Assembly (NCBI GenBank): GCA_965215005.1
Contig: CBDCCZ010000018.1
Location: 160,001-224,000, forward strand
From: Kofleriaceae bacterium
GTDB taxonomy: Bacteria; Myxococcota_A; Polyangia; Haliangiales; Haliangiaceae
Direction: 5' to 3'
Length of the DNA: 64,000 nucleotides
Numbering within the stretch: position 1 is the stretch's first letter; each line of letters begins with the position of its first letter. This document shows positions 53,796 through 63,720 of this stretch, piece by piece. The notes below the pieces were generated by a model. That model did not search any database. It saw only the letters and a list, made by a program, of their open reading frames with translations, and had not been told where the DNA came from. Position numbers and translations under genes: made by a program.

Positions 53796-54599
53796 ATGCA
53801 CGGTTCGATCCCTTGCACGCAACACCTCGAAGCAGGCATGTTCATTCGCCGCCGTCGAGGCTCGAGCGCCGCATCACGACTGGTTTGCATTCATGGATTG
53901 GGCGAATCAGGCCTGTGTTTCGATTCGCTCTTGTCGCAACCAGCGCTCGCCGACCACGAGCTGATCATTCTCGACCTTCCCGGCTATGGGCGTAGCGCTT
54001 GGCCCTCGTCCCCACCATCTCTCTCCGATCTCGCGAGCCACCTCGCCGGATGGATCGCGAGCTTGGAGCGCGGCCCCGAGGTGATCGTGCTCGGCCACTC
54101 CATGGGCGGCGTCATCGCGACCTTGTCGGCTGAGCAACGGCCGCAATTGGCCGCAGGGATCATCAACGTAGATGGCAACGTCTCGATTGGCGATTGTAGC
54201 TACAGCAGTGTCGCAGCAGCACAGAGCGAGGAGGACTTCGTGGCCGCTGGATTCGCTGCGCTGCAGGAGTGTCTCTTCGAGGCGGGTGATCGCGCCTCGC
54301 GGGGGTACTTTGCCAGCATGCGGTTTGCCGACCCGCGCAGCGTGCATCGCCACGGCGTCGAGCTCGTGGCACTGAGCAAGGCTGAGAACCTGGCTGCGCG
54401 GTTGGCGGCGGTGGCAACGCCGCACTGCTACGTCGCCGGAGTCCCAGGTGGCGCCGCGGCCCGCTCGCGCGCGCTGTTGGCCGCTGCCGGAGTGGACGTC
54501 ATCGCCATCGAGCCGGCGGGACACTGGCCGTTCATCGACCAACCGGCGCGGTTTGCCGAGCAGACGGCAGCGTGGCTGGCGCGGTTGCCTCAACGGTAG
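53796..54599 (+). CDS. Alpha/beta hydrolase
   Basis: IHGLG, DLPGYGRS, GHSMGG and AGHWP motifs; AAGGAG SD. Confidence 0.9.
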   Translation: MHGSIPCTQHLEAGMFIRRRRGSSAASRLVCIHGLGESGLCFDSLLSQPALADHELIILDLPGYGRSAWPSSPPSLSDLASHLAGWIASLERGPEVIVLGHSMGGVIATLSAEQRPQLAAGIINVDGNVSIGDCSYSSVAAAQSEEDFVAAGFAALQECLFEAGDRASRGYFASMRFADPRSVHRHGVELVALSKAENLAARLAAVATPHCYVAGVPGGAAARSRALLAAAGVDVIAIEPAGHWPFIDQPARFAEQTAAWLARLPQR

Positions 54600-54849
54600 C
54601 GAGCGAACCCGGCTTCGCCTCGGCGGGCGCGCCTGCCCCCCCCCCGGCCGCGGGAAATGCCTTTCCAGTAGCGAGGACGGCACAGGGTCCTCACCGCCCC
54701 AGCGTAGTTCCTCCAGCGCCTCCCTCGCCGCCTGCTGCTTTTTGCGTGACTAGGCCCGGCAAGAATGGTAGCTGGTCGAAATAGTTGGGGGCCGTGTGCC
54801 CCTTGTTAGAAGGCAAGCGCTACGGCGCCACAAGAAGAGAGACAGAATC

Positions 54850-55224
54850 GTGTCGAATAAGATCTTTGTAGGCGGGCTCAGCTGGGATACGAGCGATGCC
54901 AGCCTCCGCCAAGCATTTGAAGCGTACGGATCAGTTGTCGAAGCCAAAGTCATCAGCGACCGCGATACCGGTCGGTCACGTGGCTTTGGGTTCGTGACGT
55001 TCGAGAGCCCAGCCGATGCACAGGCAGCCATCGAAGAGATGGATGGCGCCGAAATCGATGGCCGCGCTGTCCGGGTCAATGAGGCTCAAGATCGCCGTGA
55101 CGGCGGTGGCGGCGGCGGCGGCGGCGGCCGGGGCCCACGGACGGATCGCGACGGCGGCGGCGGCGGCGGCCGTGGCCGTGGCGGTGGCGGTGGCGGTGGC
55201 GGGCGCGACCGCGATCGCTGGTAA
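54850..55224 (+). CDS. RRM RNA-binding protein with Gly/Arg-rich tail
   Basis: RNP2 IFVGGL and RNP1 RGFGFVTF. Confidence 0.93.
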   Translation: MSNKIFVGGLSWDTSDASLRQAFEAYGSVVEAKVISDRDTGRSRGFGFVTFESPADAQAAIEEMDGAEIDGRAVRVNEAQDRRDGGGGGGGGGRGPRTDRDGGGGGGRGRGGGGGGGGRDRDRW

Positions 55225-55250
55225 TCGCGCTCTCTCGCGATGACGCGTTC

Positions 55251-55288
55251 GAACGGGGATGCTCTAGCAGCATCCCCGTTCGTCGTTT
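55251..55288 (+). terminator. Intrinsic terminator after the RRM gene
   Basis: gaacggggatgc-N7-gcatccccgttc, a perfect 12-bp stem, then a short T-containing tail. Confidence 0.65.
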
Positions 55289-55476
55289 CGGACCTGCACC
55301 AACTCACTACCAGCTCAAACGGCTCATCTGCCGTCGTGACATTCTCTGACAGCTCTGCCGTGCTCCGCCGAGCGGTCGCTGAAGATGCTAGAGCGGCCTT
55401 CCTGCGCAGCAAAGCGGCAATACGGGTCAATTGCTGGTAACTTGCCGACGCTTGGTCACCCACGAAGGAGGGATTT

Positions 55477-56574
55477 ATGAAAGCGCGCTATTGGTTCGTT
55501 GCAAGTCTCACCAGCGCCCTCAGCCTCGCCGGCTGCGGACCGAATGACAACACCGGTGGCAACGGAGATCCCAACGCCGGTGACGGCGGCAATACCACGG
55601 GTGATGATCCAGTCACGCCACGCGACGGCGGTGGCGGCGGCGACGATGAGTTCGCCGATGCTCGTCCAGACGCCAACTGCGGTCTGCAAAATGAGGCCAT
55701 CGAGGTTGTCGAGAGCGGCGAGCCGCCGGACCTGCTCATCGTCTTGGATCGCTCGGGTTCGATGGGCGACCCCCTCGACGGATTCTTCCCTCCAAGCCGT
55801 TGGCGGGTGATGTCGGAAGCGCTGACAACCATCACCGCCGCCACTGACGACCAGATTCGCTATGGCCTCGCGGTGTATCCCAGCGGCGACACCTGCGGCG
55901 TCAGTGCCGGAGCCGAGGTGGCCATCGGCGATAACACCGCCAGTGCCATCAACAGCTGGCTGGCCACGAGCCCAAGGCCCCTCGGCGCCACGCCCTCTCA
56001 TCTCGCCCTGACAAATGCCAAAGCGATTTACGCGAGCATGCCAGTCAATCCCGATGGCCGCTACGTCCTCTTTGCAACCGACGGCGCGCCCAATTGCGGC
56101 GACGGTAATCCGCAGCAAAACAGCGCCGACGAGGTTGTAGCAGCCGTTGAAGCGCTGGCCGCCGAAGGCATCAAGACGTACGTGCTCGGCTTCGGAGACG
56201 CCGGCGGCCTCGATACCAGCAACCTCGATGCAGCGGCGCTTGCCGGCGGAGTTCCCAAGCCCGGCGGTCCTCCTCACTACTACTCAGCGCGCAGCGCTGC
56301 GGAGCTGCAACAAGCGCTCGACGACATCGCCGGTGGCATCATCGTTCCGTCCTGCGAGTGGACTCTGGCCGAGCAGCCGCCCGATCCCGACCGCGTCAAC
56401 GTCACTCTCGACGGCATGCCGGTGCCCCGCTCCACCGCGCACACCGATGGCTGGGATTACTACCCCGATGCCTCGACCATCACGCTGTTCGGCAGCTATT
56501 GCGAGCAAGTGAAGGAAGGAACGGTCACCGAGGTCAGCTTCTCCTTCGGCTGCCCGGGTCCAGTCGTCGATTAG
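55477..56574 (+). CDS. vWA-domain lipoprotein (CglB-like architecture)
   Basis: Lipobox LAGC; MIDAS DRSGSM, ATP and TDG motifs; paired Cys; AAGGAGG SD. Confidence 0.85.
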   Translation: MKARYWFVASLTSALSLAGCGPNDNTGGNGDPNAGDGGNTTGDDPVTPRDGGGGGDDEFADARPDANCGLQNEAIEVVESGEPPDLLIVLDRSGSMGDPLDGFFPPSRWRVMSEALTTITAATDDQIRYGLAVYPSGDTCGVSAGAEVAIGDNTASAINSWLATSPRPLGATPSHLALTNAKAIYASMPVNPDGRYVLFATDGAPNCGDGNPQQNSADEVVAAVEALAAEGIKTYVLGFGDAGGLDTSNLDAAALAGGVPKPGGPPHYYSARSAAELQQALDDIAGGIIVPSCEWTLAEQPPDPDRVNVTLDGMPVPRSTAHTDGWDYYPDASTITLFGSYCEQVKEGTVTEVSFSFGCPGPVVD

Positions 56575-56597
56575 CGCGCGCCATGGTCTTCTGACGT

Positions 56598-56624
56598 GGG
56601 GCAACGACGGCTCGTCGGTGCCCC
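56598..56624. terminator. Hairpin between convergent genes
   Basis: ggggca-a-cgacg-gct-cgtcg-g-tgcccc. Confidence 0.4.
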
Positions 56625-56722
56625 GTGGTCCCTCTCTTTAGTCCCAGCGGGACAGGCCGCGCCGTCGTGCGTCGGCCTTGTTCCCGCAGGTCCTTCCAAT
56701 ACGCAGCACCTAGCGCGAGGCT

Positions 56723-57946
56723 CTACACGTAGAACTCGTGCTTTTCCCATTTGAGCAGCAGGTCCTTCATGCGCCGGCTCTCGTCGCCATAGAAGAAGAC
56801 ATTGCCGTAGTGCTGGCCATAGCCGGTGCGCTCGGCGACCTTTCGCTCGGCAGGAACGAACAAGTCGTGACGTTCGTAGTAGGGATCATCCAGAAGCGCC
56901 TGTGGCACGTCGATGTCTTCGATCCACGGCACGTTTGGATACGCAAGTAGACACCCGGCGTACCCATTGGCGCTGTCTTCTTGGGGAAAGAACGCGGCGA
57001 TCTCCTCTTCGGTTGCCTTGGGATCGCTGCATAGTACGTGGCCCTGGTAGGCGTTGAAGCCATAGGCGCGCTCGATCAGCTCGAAAGCATTGCCGCCCGG
57101 AACTCGATAGGCAACCTCACCGAAGTGCAGCACATCATCTTTGGTGATGAACCACTCGGGATGAATGAACCCGTAGCGGATATCGAACGCCTCGATGAGC
57201 TGCTCGCACGCCTTGCGGATCTGCTGGCGTTTGCCCTCGAGCTTAGGCCCTGGCGGAACGAAGACTGAATAGCCGAGGTGCACGTACTGCGAAATGTTCA
57301 AGAAGCGGATCTTCTTGTCGTGGATGAAGACCTCGCAGGCGAACTCGAAGCCGTCGAGATGGCTCTCGAGGAGACATGGGAACTCGTCATCCTTGATCAC
57401 ACTGATGTCGTCATCACTGGAGATGACGCGGTGACCACTGCAACCAGCGCGGTCGAACGGCTTGAGATGAATTGGGTCATTGCCCTCATGCTCCAGCTTT
57501 AGCAGCGCATCATTCACTCGCCGCAAGAAGCGCGTGACGTCGTCTCGATTCCACGCCTCTTCGAAGACTCCCACCCGCAGGCCCGAAATCTGCGCGCGCC
57601 GCTTCATCATCGACTTGTCGCGAAATAACAGCGACTGATTGAACAATCGCGGATCGTTGCAGAGCCGCGAGTTGACCGCGCCCGCCCACTCCACTGTCTC
57701 TTCATAGAGCGGAACCGCAATGTCGACTCCTTCGGCATGGAGCAGGTCAAAGAGACCCGTGGCGCGCTCGTTGAGGCGCTCAAAGTCCCACTTGATGAAG
57801 TTGATGCCGTTGTCGCGGGCGTATTCTTCGGCCCACGCCGGTGCAACCACCACAAACTTGCGATTGAACCGATTGAGCGCGTCGATCGCGCGCAAGCTCC
57901 ACCCCAATATCGCTACATAACTCGTATCCGGCGCTATCTCTTGCAT
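56723..57946 (-). CDS. ATP-grasp carboxylate-amine ligase
   Basis: FRDKSMMK, LKPFDRAG, ESHLDGFEF, HPEWF and GEVAYRVPG motifs. Confidence 0.85.
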   Translation of the reverse strand: MQEIAPDTSYVAILGWSLRAIDALNRFNRKFVVVAPAWAEEYARDNGINFIKWDFERLNERATGLFDLLHAEGVDIAVPLYEETVEWAGAVNSRLCNDPRLFNQSLLFRDKSMMKRRAQISGLRVGVFEEAWNRDDVTRFLRRVNDALLKLEHEGNDPIHLKPFDRAGCSGHRVISSDDDISVIKDDEFPCLLESHLDGFEFACEVFIHDKKIRFLNISQYVHLGYSVFVPPGPKLEGKRQQIRKACEQLIEAFDIRYGFIHPEWFITKDDVLHFGEVAYRVPGGNAFELIERAYGFNAYQGHVLCSDPKATEEEIAAFFPQEDSANGYAGCLLAYPNVPWIEDIDVPQALLDDPYYERHDLFVPAERKVAERTGYGQHYGNVFFYGDESRRMKDLLLKWEKHEFYV

Positions 57947-58002
57947 GGGGGACCTTACCATGCCGCACAATCGCCCCTGATCGCTGTGCTAGATTGACGA
58001 CG

Positions 58003-59082
58003 ATGGGCGAGGTGACGGTGGTCTACGACGAGGCGATGCTCGCGCATCAGCCACAGCGACTCGAGTCGTTTCGGGCAGACGAGAACGCGGCCGACGACGC
58101 ACCAGGGGGAGGCTTATTGAGCCATCCAGAGCGTCCTGAGCGGCTGGCTGCCATCGCGCAGCGACTCGATGAGCAACCTATTACTGGACTGCGCATGGTC
58201 GGCGCCAAGCCGGCAACCGATGCGATGCTCGCGCGCGTACACCGGCGGTATTATCTCGAGTACATCGAGTCACTGGCCGGTACGACGCAAATGATCGATC
58301 CCGACACCACCGCGGTGTCCCCGGCCACCGTCGATGCCGCCAAGCATGCTGCCGGTGCCGCCGTCCGTGCCGTCGAAGCGGTGTACTGCGATGGCACGAA
58401 TCGGGCAATGGCGCTCGTGCGCCCGCCCGGTCACCATGCCACTCCAGCACGCGCCATGGGATTTTGCTTCTACAACAACGTTGCAGTCGCAGCCGCTCAC
58501 GCGCGTGCGGTGTTTGGCTGCGAACGCATCCTTATCGTCGATTGGGACGTGCATCATGGCAACGGCACTCAGGAGATCTTCTATGCAGATCCCAGCGTGC
58601 TTTTCTTCGATACCCACGCCGCAGCGCCCTTCTATCCCGGCAGTGGCGGCCTCATCGAAATCGGCCGAGATGCCGGCATTGGCAAGACCATCAACGTACC
58701 GCTGCCCATCGGCTGTGATGACGCCACCATGCTCGCGGCCTATCAAGACGTTCTCGCACCACTCGCAGCGATGTTTGCGCCCCAGCTGGTGCTGGTCTCC
58801 GCCGGATTCGACGCCCATCACCTCGACTTGGCCATGAACATGACCGAAAGCGGCTTCGCCGCCCTCTGTGGCGCCGTGATGAAGATTGCCGAGCAGCATG
58901 CCCAAGGTCGGCAGGTGTTGGTACTCGAGGGCGGCTATCACGCCGCTTCCATCGCCTCTAGCTCGCATGCGTGCCTGCAGGTGCTCGCTGGCGGTGAGGT
59001 GCCAACGCTTGCTAGCGCCGCAGCCGATGCCATTGGCCTAGAGGAGATTCGCACCGCCCGCCGGTTTCACGGCCTACTCTAG
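58003..59082 (+). CDS. Histone deacetylase family amidohydrolase (acetylpolyamine/acyl deacylase-like)
   Basis: HPERPERL, RPPGHHA, GFCFYNN, DWDVHHGNGTQ, SAGFDAH and LEGGY motifs. Confidence 0.93.
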   Translation: MGEVTVVYDEAMLAHQPQRLESFRADENAADDAPGGGLLSHPERPERLAAIAQRLDEQPITGLRMVGAKPATDAMLARVHRRYYLEYIESLAGTTQMIDPDTTAVSPATVDAAKHAAGAAVRAVEAVYCDGTNRAMALVRPPGHHATPARAMGFCFYNNVAVAAAHARAVFGCERILIVDWDVHHGNGTQEIFYADPSVLFFDTHAAAPFYPGSGGLIEIGRDAGIGKTINVPLPIGCDDATMLAAYQDVLAPLAAMFAPQLVLVSAGFDAHHLDLAMNMTESGFAALCGAVMKIAEQHAQGRQVLVLEGGYHAASIASSSHACLQVLAGGEVPTLASAAADAIGLEEIRTARRFHGLL

Positions 59083-60545
59083 CTGCGAACCTCTTTGGCG
59101 GCGGCGAGCACTTCCGCGACCAGCGCGTCGGCATCGGCAAGCGTGGAGCGAGGTCCGATGAAGCAAGGCCGTATCGCCAGCTTGTTGTTCACTCGCGTGC
59201 TCGAAGGCGTCACCCGGCCGCGGCTCTGCACGCGCGCCAGAATTTCCTCATTGAGACGCTCCAGAGTGCCGGAGTCGCGAATGCTGGGTGGATGATAGCG
59301 AAAGCAGCAAATCGACAACACCGGCGGGGCGAGTAGCTCGAGCTCCGGGTGCGCCTCCACCAAGGTGGCAACGTGGCGAGCGCAGTCGAGGTGCCGCGTG
59401 ACCCGCGCGCGCATGCCGGCGGCGCCAATCTCTTTGAGCGTCGCCCACACCGCCAGACCGCGCGCGGGGGCCGAGTGCTCGGGCGTGTGGTCCGCGGAGC
59501 CCTCGCCAAGCTCGGCGAAGGCCGACAGTGGATCACCGCCGGTGCGTCGGCCGAAGCGGACGTATGCTGCCGATTCAATCGCCAACGCGCGCGATAGCAG
59601 TGACGGGTCGCGTACCAGCGCGGCGCCGCAACCGATGGGCACCGCCATCCACTTGTGCGGATCGACGGCGAGCGAATCAATGGCCGCAAAGTCGCCGTAG
59701 CGCCCACGCACCCGCTCATCGAGCACGCCAAAGCCGCCGTAGGCGCCATCCACGTGCAACCAAACCCCACGCTCGTGGGCGATTGCCAGCATCGCGTCGA
59801 TGGGATCGATGCTGCCGGTGTTGACCTCTCCCGCCGATGCGACCACGGCAACCGCGGTGATTCCGGCCGCGCGGTCGGCGTCCAGCGCCCGCTCGAGCGC
59901 CGCCAGGTCCGGCCCTCGCTGCGGCGACCACGGCACCCGCACCAGTGCATCGCGACCGAGGCCGAGGATCGCCAGCGCGCGCTCGACCACCCGATGCGCC
60001 GACTCCGGTGCGTACACCCGAGCACGCCCTAACGCGGCCACGCCCTCGGCGGCCACGTCGACACCGACCCGCTCCCCGGCGTGTTGTCGCGCCGCGAGTA
60101 GCCCCACCAGGTTCGCCATCGCGCCGCCGCTGACCAACGCCCCGCCAAACGACTCCGGCAGTCCGAGAAGCTGCGCCAACCATCGCACCGCTTGGACCTC
60201 GAGAAAATTGCCTGGATGAACCCACCACCGCTGCGGCGCCGCCAGCGAGCCGACCAAGCTCGCCGCCGTAGGGATCACGGTGGGCATGGTGGTCACCCAG
60301 CCGCAAAAGCCCGAGGCGCCGAGCGGCAAGCCGTGTTCGGTCACCACCTGCGCAAGCAGCTCGAGCACCGCATCGGCACCAGCGCCTTGCTCAGGCAGCG
60401 CTTCTTCCAAAAGCGGTCGCCACACCGACCGCTCGGCAGCGCGTGCGGGATGCTCGAACGCTAGAAACCGCTCCAACGCTGGCAACAAGCCACGAATGGC
60501 TGCGCCGAGCTCGGCAGTGCGCGCAAGGTCATGGTCCAACGTCAT
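59079..60545 (-). CDS. Group II PLP-dependent amino acid decarboxylase
   Basis: SGGAMAN, GSIDP, WLHVDGAYGG and DPHKWM motifs. Confidence 0.9.
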   Translation of the reverse strand: MTLDHDLARTAELGAAIRGLLPALERFLAFEHPARAAERSVWRPLLEEALPEQGAGADAVLELLAQVVTEHGLPLGASGFCGWVTTMPTVIPTAASLVGSLAAPQRWWVHPGNFLEVQAVRWLAQLLGLPESFGGALVSGGAMANLVGLLAARQHAGERVGVDVAAEGVAALGRARVYAPESAHRVVERALAILGLGRDALVRVPWSPQRGPDLAALERALDADRAAGITAVAVVASAGEVNTGSIDPIDAMLAIAHERGVWLHVDGAYGGFGVLDERVRGRYGDFAAIDSLAVDPHKWMAVPIGCGAALVRDPSLLSRALAIESAAYVRFGRRTGGDPLSAFAELGEGSADHTPEHSAPARGLAVWATLKEIGAAGMRARVTRHLDCARHVATLVEAHPELELLAPPVLSICCFRYHPPSIRDSGTLERLNEEILARVQSRGRVTPSSTRVNNKLAIRPCFIGPRSTLADADALVAEVLAAAKEVRS

Positions 60546-60774
60546 GCGTGCCTTCGTAGAACAGTCGTGCCGCAGCGAGCAATGCCCTGCGCAGCGCGCG
60601 TTCGCAATCCACGCGAATGACGTGCAACCATGGCTCGCCAGCGGTAGCTACACGCGCCAGTAACAGCCACCGGCGGCCACCACAGTTGCCGCTGATCGTC
60701 CACGCCACTTCCTCGAATTCGCTTACAAAGTGGCGATAGCGGGCCGCGGCACACCAGTTGCTGTTGACGCCGCC

Positions 60775-61746
60775 ATGCTTCGCGTCACTTCCCTTGTACT
60801 CCTGGCCACGCTAGCCGCGGCGCCCTCGTCTGGTTGCGTCGTTGACGACGTAGCTACCGAGCCCGCAAGCGTCGACCTCGGCAAAGCCGACGACGCCTCC
60901 AATGACCCCGAGGACTGCATCTTCGATGCAACAGATTCTTTCGAGCCGCACTCGCGGATGCCCAAAGGACGCTACCGTGGCCGCTGCCTCGATACCCGCC
61001 AAGCCCGTTCTATCGTCCATCTGAGCGCCGAGCAGGCAGCGCCCTATGGTGGCCTCAGCAGCAGCGAGATCGTCGTCGCCAACGTGTTTCACGACGACGC
61101 CTTCTGGGTCGCGCGCATTCCCGCTGACGGCATCGAGACGGTGCTGTTTCAGCTCGAATACTTTCCAGCGATCGTCCCTGCAGGGCATACGCAATTTCGG
61201 CTGCGCTTCAGCGCCGATCAGCCGGTGCGGCTCATCGGCCAGGCGGGCGCAAACGCCGGAGCCACGGCGACGCTACGCGACTTGGTGCTGTCGGTGGAAG
61301 CGATCGGCCAACTCGGCTACCAATACGACGTGGTGCGTGGGCTCACCAACGAGTTTGGAGCCGTCTATCGAGTGCTGTCGCTCGACGCCAAGGTCGAACA
61401 CATGATCATCGCGCAGGACCACGAGGTCGAGCAGTGGGAGCTCGAGCTCACGACCGACGAGAAGCGCGAGCTATTGGCCAACTTCCTCGACGAGAGCGAT
61501 ATCCGCGGCATGAGCTTCATGTACAACACGCTCTTTCTCAACTGCACCAACGAGCTCGTGCGGGTGCTCGATGACTCGGTGAGTTACACCGTGGGCGAGC
61601 AGCTCAAGCGCTTCCTCACCAAGGTCACCGAGTTCTATCCCAACATCATCCGCGCCGCGCTGATCGCTCGCGGACTGTTGCCCCTCGATCAGTCGACCGA
61701 CTGGCCGCGGCTCAAAAACGACCCGACGATCGCCGAGCTTCTTTGA
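60775..61746 (+). CDS. DUF4105-like lipoprotein (His/Cys acyltransferase/peptidase fold)
   Basis: Signal ending SSGC; GKAD; PAGHT, LSVEA and YNTLFLNCT motifs. Confidence 0.65.
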   Translation: MLRVTSLVLLATLAAAPSSGCVVDDVATEPASVDLGKADDASNDPEDCIFDATDSFEPHSRMPKGRYRGRCLDTRQARSIVHLSAEQAAPYGGLSSSEIVVANVFHDDAFWVARIPADGIETVLFQLEYFPAIVPAGHTQFRLRFSADQPVRLIGQAGANAGATATLRDLVLSVEAIGQLGYQYDVVRGLTNEFGAVYRVLSLDAKVEHMIIAQDHEVEQWELELTTDEKRELLANFLDESDIRGMSFMYNTLFLNCTNELVRVLDDSVSYTVGEQLKRFLTKVTEFYPNIIRAALIARGLLPLDQSTDWPRLKNDPTIAELL

Positions 61747-61755
61747 GGCGCCAGC

Positions 61756-62022
61756 TCAGGTGCCGACGCCTTGGCGCTTGAGCGGGCTCGAGACCCGCAG
61801 CTCGTTGGATTCGCGGCTCTTGCGCTCGACCTGGATGTCGATGCATTCGGCGTCAATATCCACGTAGCGCGCCAGCACCTCGGCAATTTCGGCGCGCAGC
61901 TCTTGCAGCCGCGCGCCGTCGAGGCCGGCCCGATCGTGAGCCAAGACCAAATGCAGGCGCCCCTTGGCCTCATCGCGGCTGGCCTTGCGGGTGCCAAATA
62001 GATTCCGTACGCCATTCCACAT
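61756..62022 (-). CDS. minE: Cell division topological specificity factor
   Basis: SRDEAKGRLHLVLAHDR..LRAEIAEVLARYV; GAGGAG SD. Confidence 0.93.
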   Translation of the reverse strand: MWNGVRNLFGTRKASRDEAKGRLHLVLAHDRAGLDGARLQELRAEIAEVLARYVDIDAECIDIQVERKSRESNELRVSSPLKRQGVGT

Positions 62023-62033
62023 CGAGACGCTCC

Positions 62034-62831
62034 TCACGACGCCGCCGGCGCAAAGCCGAGCGCGCGCGACAGACGGGCAAAGAAGCCGACATTGGCCGGC
62101 TCCTCGGCAACCTCGAGACCAGCAAGCCGACGCGCTGCATAGTCGAAACCGCGCGCTGCTGGCGACACGCCTTCGAGAGTCGCGGGCACTCCTTTGTTGG
62201 TCGCCGAGACGATGCTGTCATCGAGCGGAATGGCCGCAAGCAGCTCGAGCGCCAGGATCTCGATGACGTCTTCCTGCGACAGCATATCGCCGCGCCGCAC
62301 CATCTCTGCAGAAATGCGATTGACGATAAGTCGCGCGGGGATGTCGCTCTTCGACAACAGACCCACCACGCGATCGGCATCACGAATTGAAGACACCTCC
62401 GGCGTTGCCACCACGATGGCTTCATCCGCGCCAGCGATGGCGTTGCGGAAGCCCTGCTCGATGCCAGCGGGGCAGTCGATGATGACGAAGTCGAAGCTCT
62501 CCTTGAGCGAGCCGACGATCTCACGCATCTGGTCGGGCGCGATGGCATCTTTCTCGTCGGTCTGCGACGACGGCAAAAGGTGCAGGTTTTCGATGCGACG
62601 ATCTTTGATCAGCGCTTTCGCAGCCGTGCACTTGCCGTTGGCGACGTCGACGAGATGGTAGACGATGCGATTTTCCAGCCCCATGACCACATCGAGATTG
62701 CGTAGCCCGATGTCGGCATCTATCAAGACGACGCTCGAGCCGAGCTTGGCTAGCGAGGTCCCAAGATTGGCGGTCGTCGTGGTCTTGCCGACGCCGCCCT
62801 TGCCCGAAGTGATGACGATTGCTCGACCCAT
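62034..62831 (-). CDS. minD: Septum site-determining ATPase
   Basis: TSGKGGVGKTT, DIGLRNLD, DCPAGIEQG; C-terminal amphipathic helix FFARLSRALG. Confidence 0.96.
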   Translation of the reverse strand: MGRAIVITSGKGGVGKTTTTANLGTSLAKLGSSVVLIDADIGLRNLDVVMGLENRIVYHLVDVANGKCTAAKALIKDRRIENLHLLPSSQTDEKDAIAPDQMREIVGSLKESFDFVIIDCPAGIEQGFRNAIAGADEAIVVATPEVSSIRDADRVVGLLSKSDIPARLIVNRISAEMVRRGDMLSQEDVIEILALELLAAIPLDDSIVSATNKGVPATLEGVSPAARGFDYAARRLAGLEVAEEPANVGFFARLSRALGFAPAAS

Positions 62832-62840
62832 GGCGTTCTC

Positions 62841-63554
62841 CTAAAGGCCGGCGACGCGAAAGCCGCCCGGCAGTTTCCCTTGATACTCTTCGACGAGGAT
62901 GCGATCGGCTGCGCGATACGCGATTTCGGCGGCACGCGCCGCTGGCGCATCGCCGGCGCGAGCGATGAGGTCCCCAATGCGCAGCTGCTGAGGAGCCAGC
63001 CGCAGCGCTAATATGAAGCTATCCACACCGCCCATTCCCGCATGGGCAATGCCGCGGAGCGCACCGAGCACGATGACGCTCTTGCCGGCGCGAAGCTCGG
63101 CTCCGGGGTTGACGTCGCCCAGCACCACCAGATGCTCGGGCACCTCGAGAATGGTCCCAGAGCGAACCGGTCCCGCCAACACCCGAGTCTGCGCCGGAGC
63201 CGGCAGTGGCAGCGTCGACATCGCTGGAAGCGGCGGTGGCGGCAGCGGCGGCGCTCGTGGCGGCTCGGGTCGCGGCGCCGGCCCCACCTCGACGATGCGC
63301 AGTGCATAGCGGCTGGTGATGGCATCGAGCCGCGCGAGCGCGCCCACCGGCAGTGGATCCTCGCAGCGCACCACCACGTCGCTACCGCAGAAGAACTCCG
63401 GCGACTGCGCCAGCCGAGCCCGGAGCTCGCGCGAGATCTGTTCGGCGGTCGCGCCGCTTTCGATGACGATCTCGAGTCCGCGCTTGGTTCCGCGCAGAGA
63501 CACCGTCGGAAGGCGGGATTCTTGGCGTTCGAAAGCTGCGCTGGAGACGTTCAT
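62841..63554 (-). CDS. minC: Septum site-determining protein
   Basis: VRSG, GDVNPGAEL, GALRGIAHAG and QLRIG motifs. Confidence 0.93.
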   Translation of the reverse strand: MNVSSAAFERQESRLPTVSLRGTKRGLEIVIESGATAEQISRELRARLAQSPEFFCGSDVVVRCEDPLPVGALARLDAITSRYALRIVEVGPAPRPEPPRAPPLPPPPLPAMSTLPLPAPAQTRVLAGPVRSGTILEVPEHLVVLGDVNPGAELRAGKSVIVLGALRGIAHAGMGGVDSFILALRLAPQQLRIGDLIARAGDAPAARAAEIAYRAADRILVEEYQGKLPGGFRVAGL

Positions 63555-63720
63555 TGGCTGGAGCCGACCTCGTGCTCAGTGGCGATGCCCAACTGCATCA
63601 CCCACCTCCTCGGGTATCGCCTCCACCGATCCGAGGCAACTTTTCGACCCTGGTGCGACCGAAAATAAATCGCGCCGCGCGCGAATCATCGCGGCGGCGC
63701 GAGCGCTCGATGAGCGATTG

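Noticed and set aside
54636..54645. C10 homopolymer as a phase-variation tract
   Set aside because: Intergenic, about 200 bp from the next start and not between evident promoter boxes; homopolymer length is unreliable in this assembly
55100..55205. GGC repeats as a tandem-repeat element
   Set aside because: Encode the Gly-rich tail typical of RRM proteins
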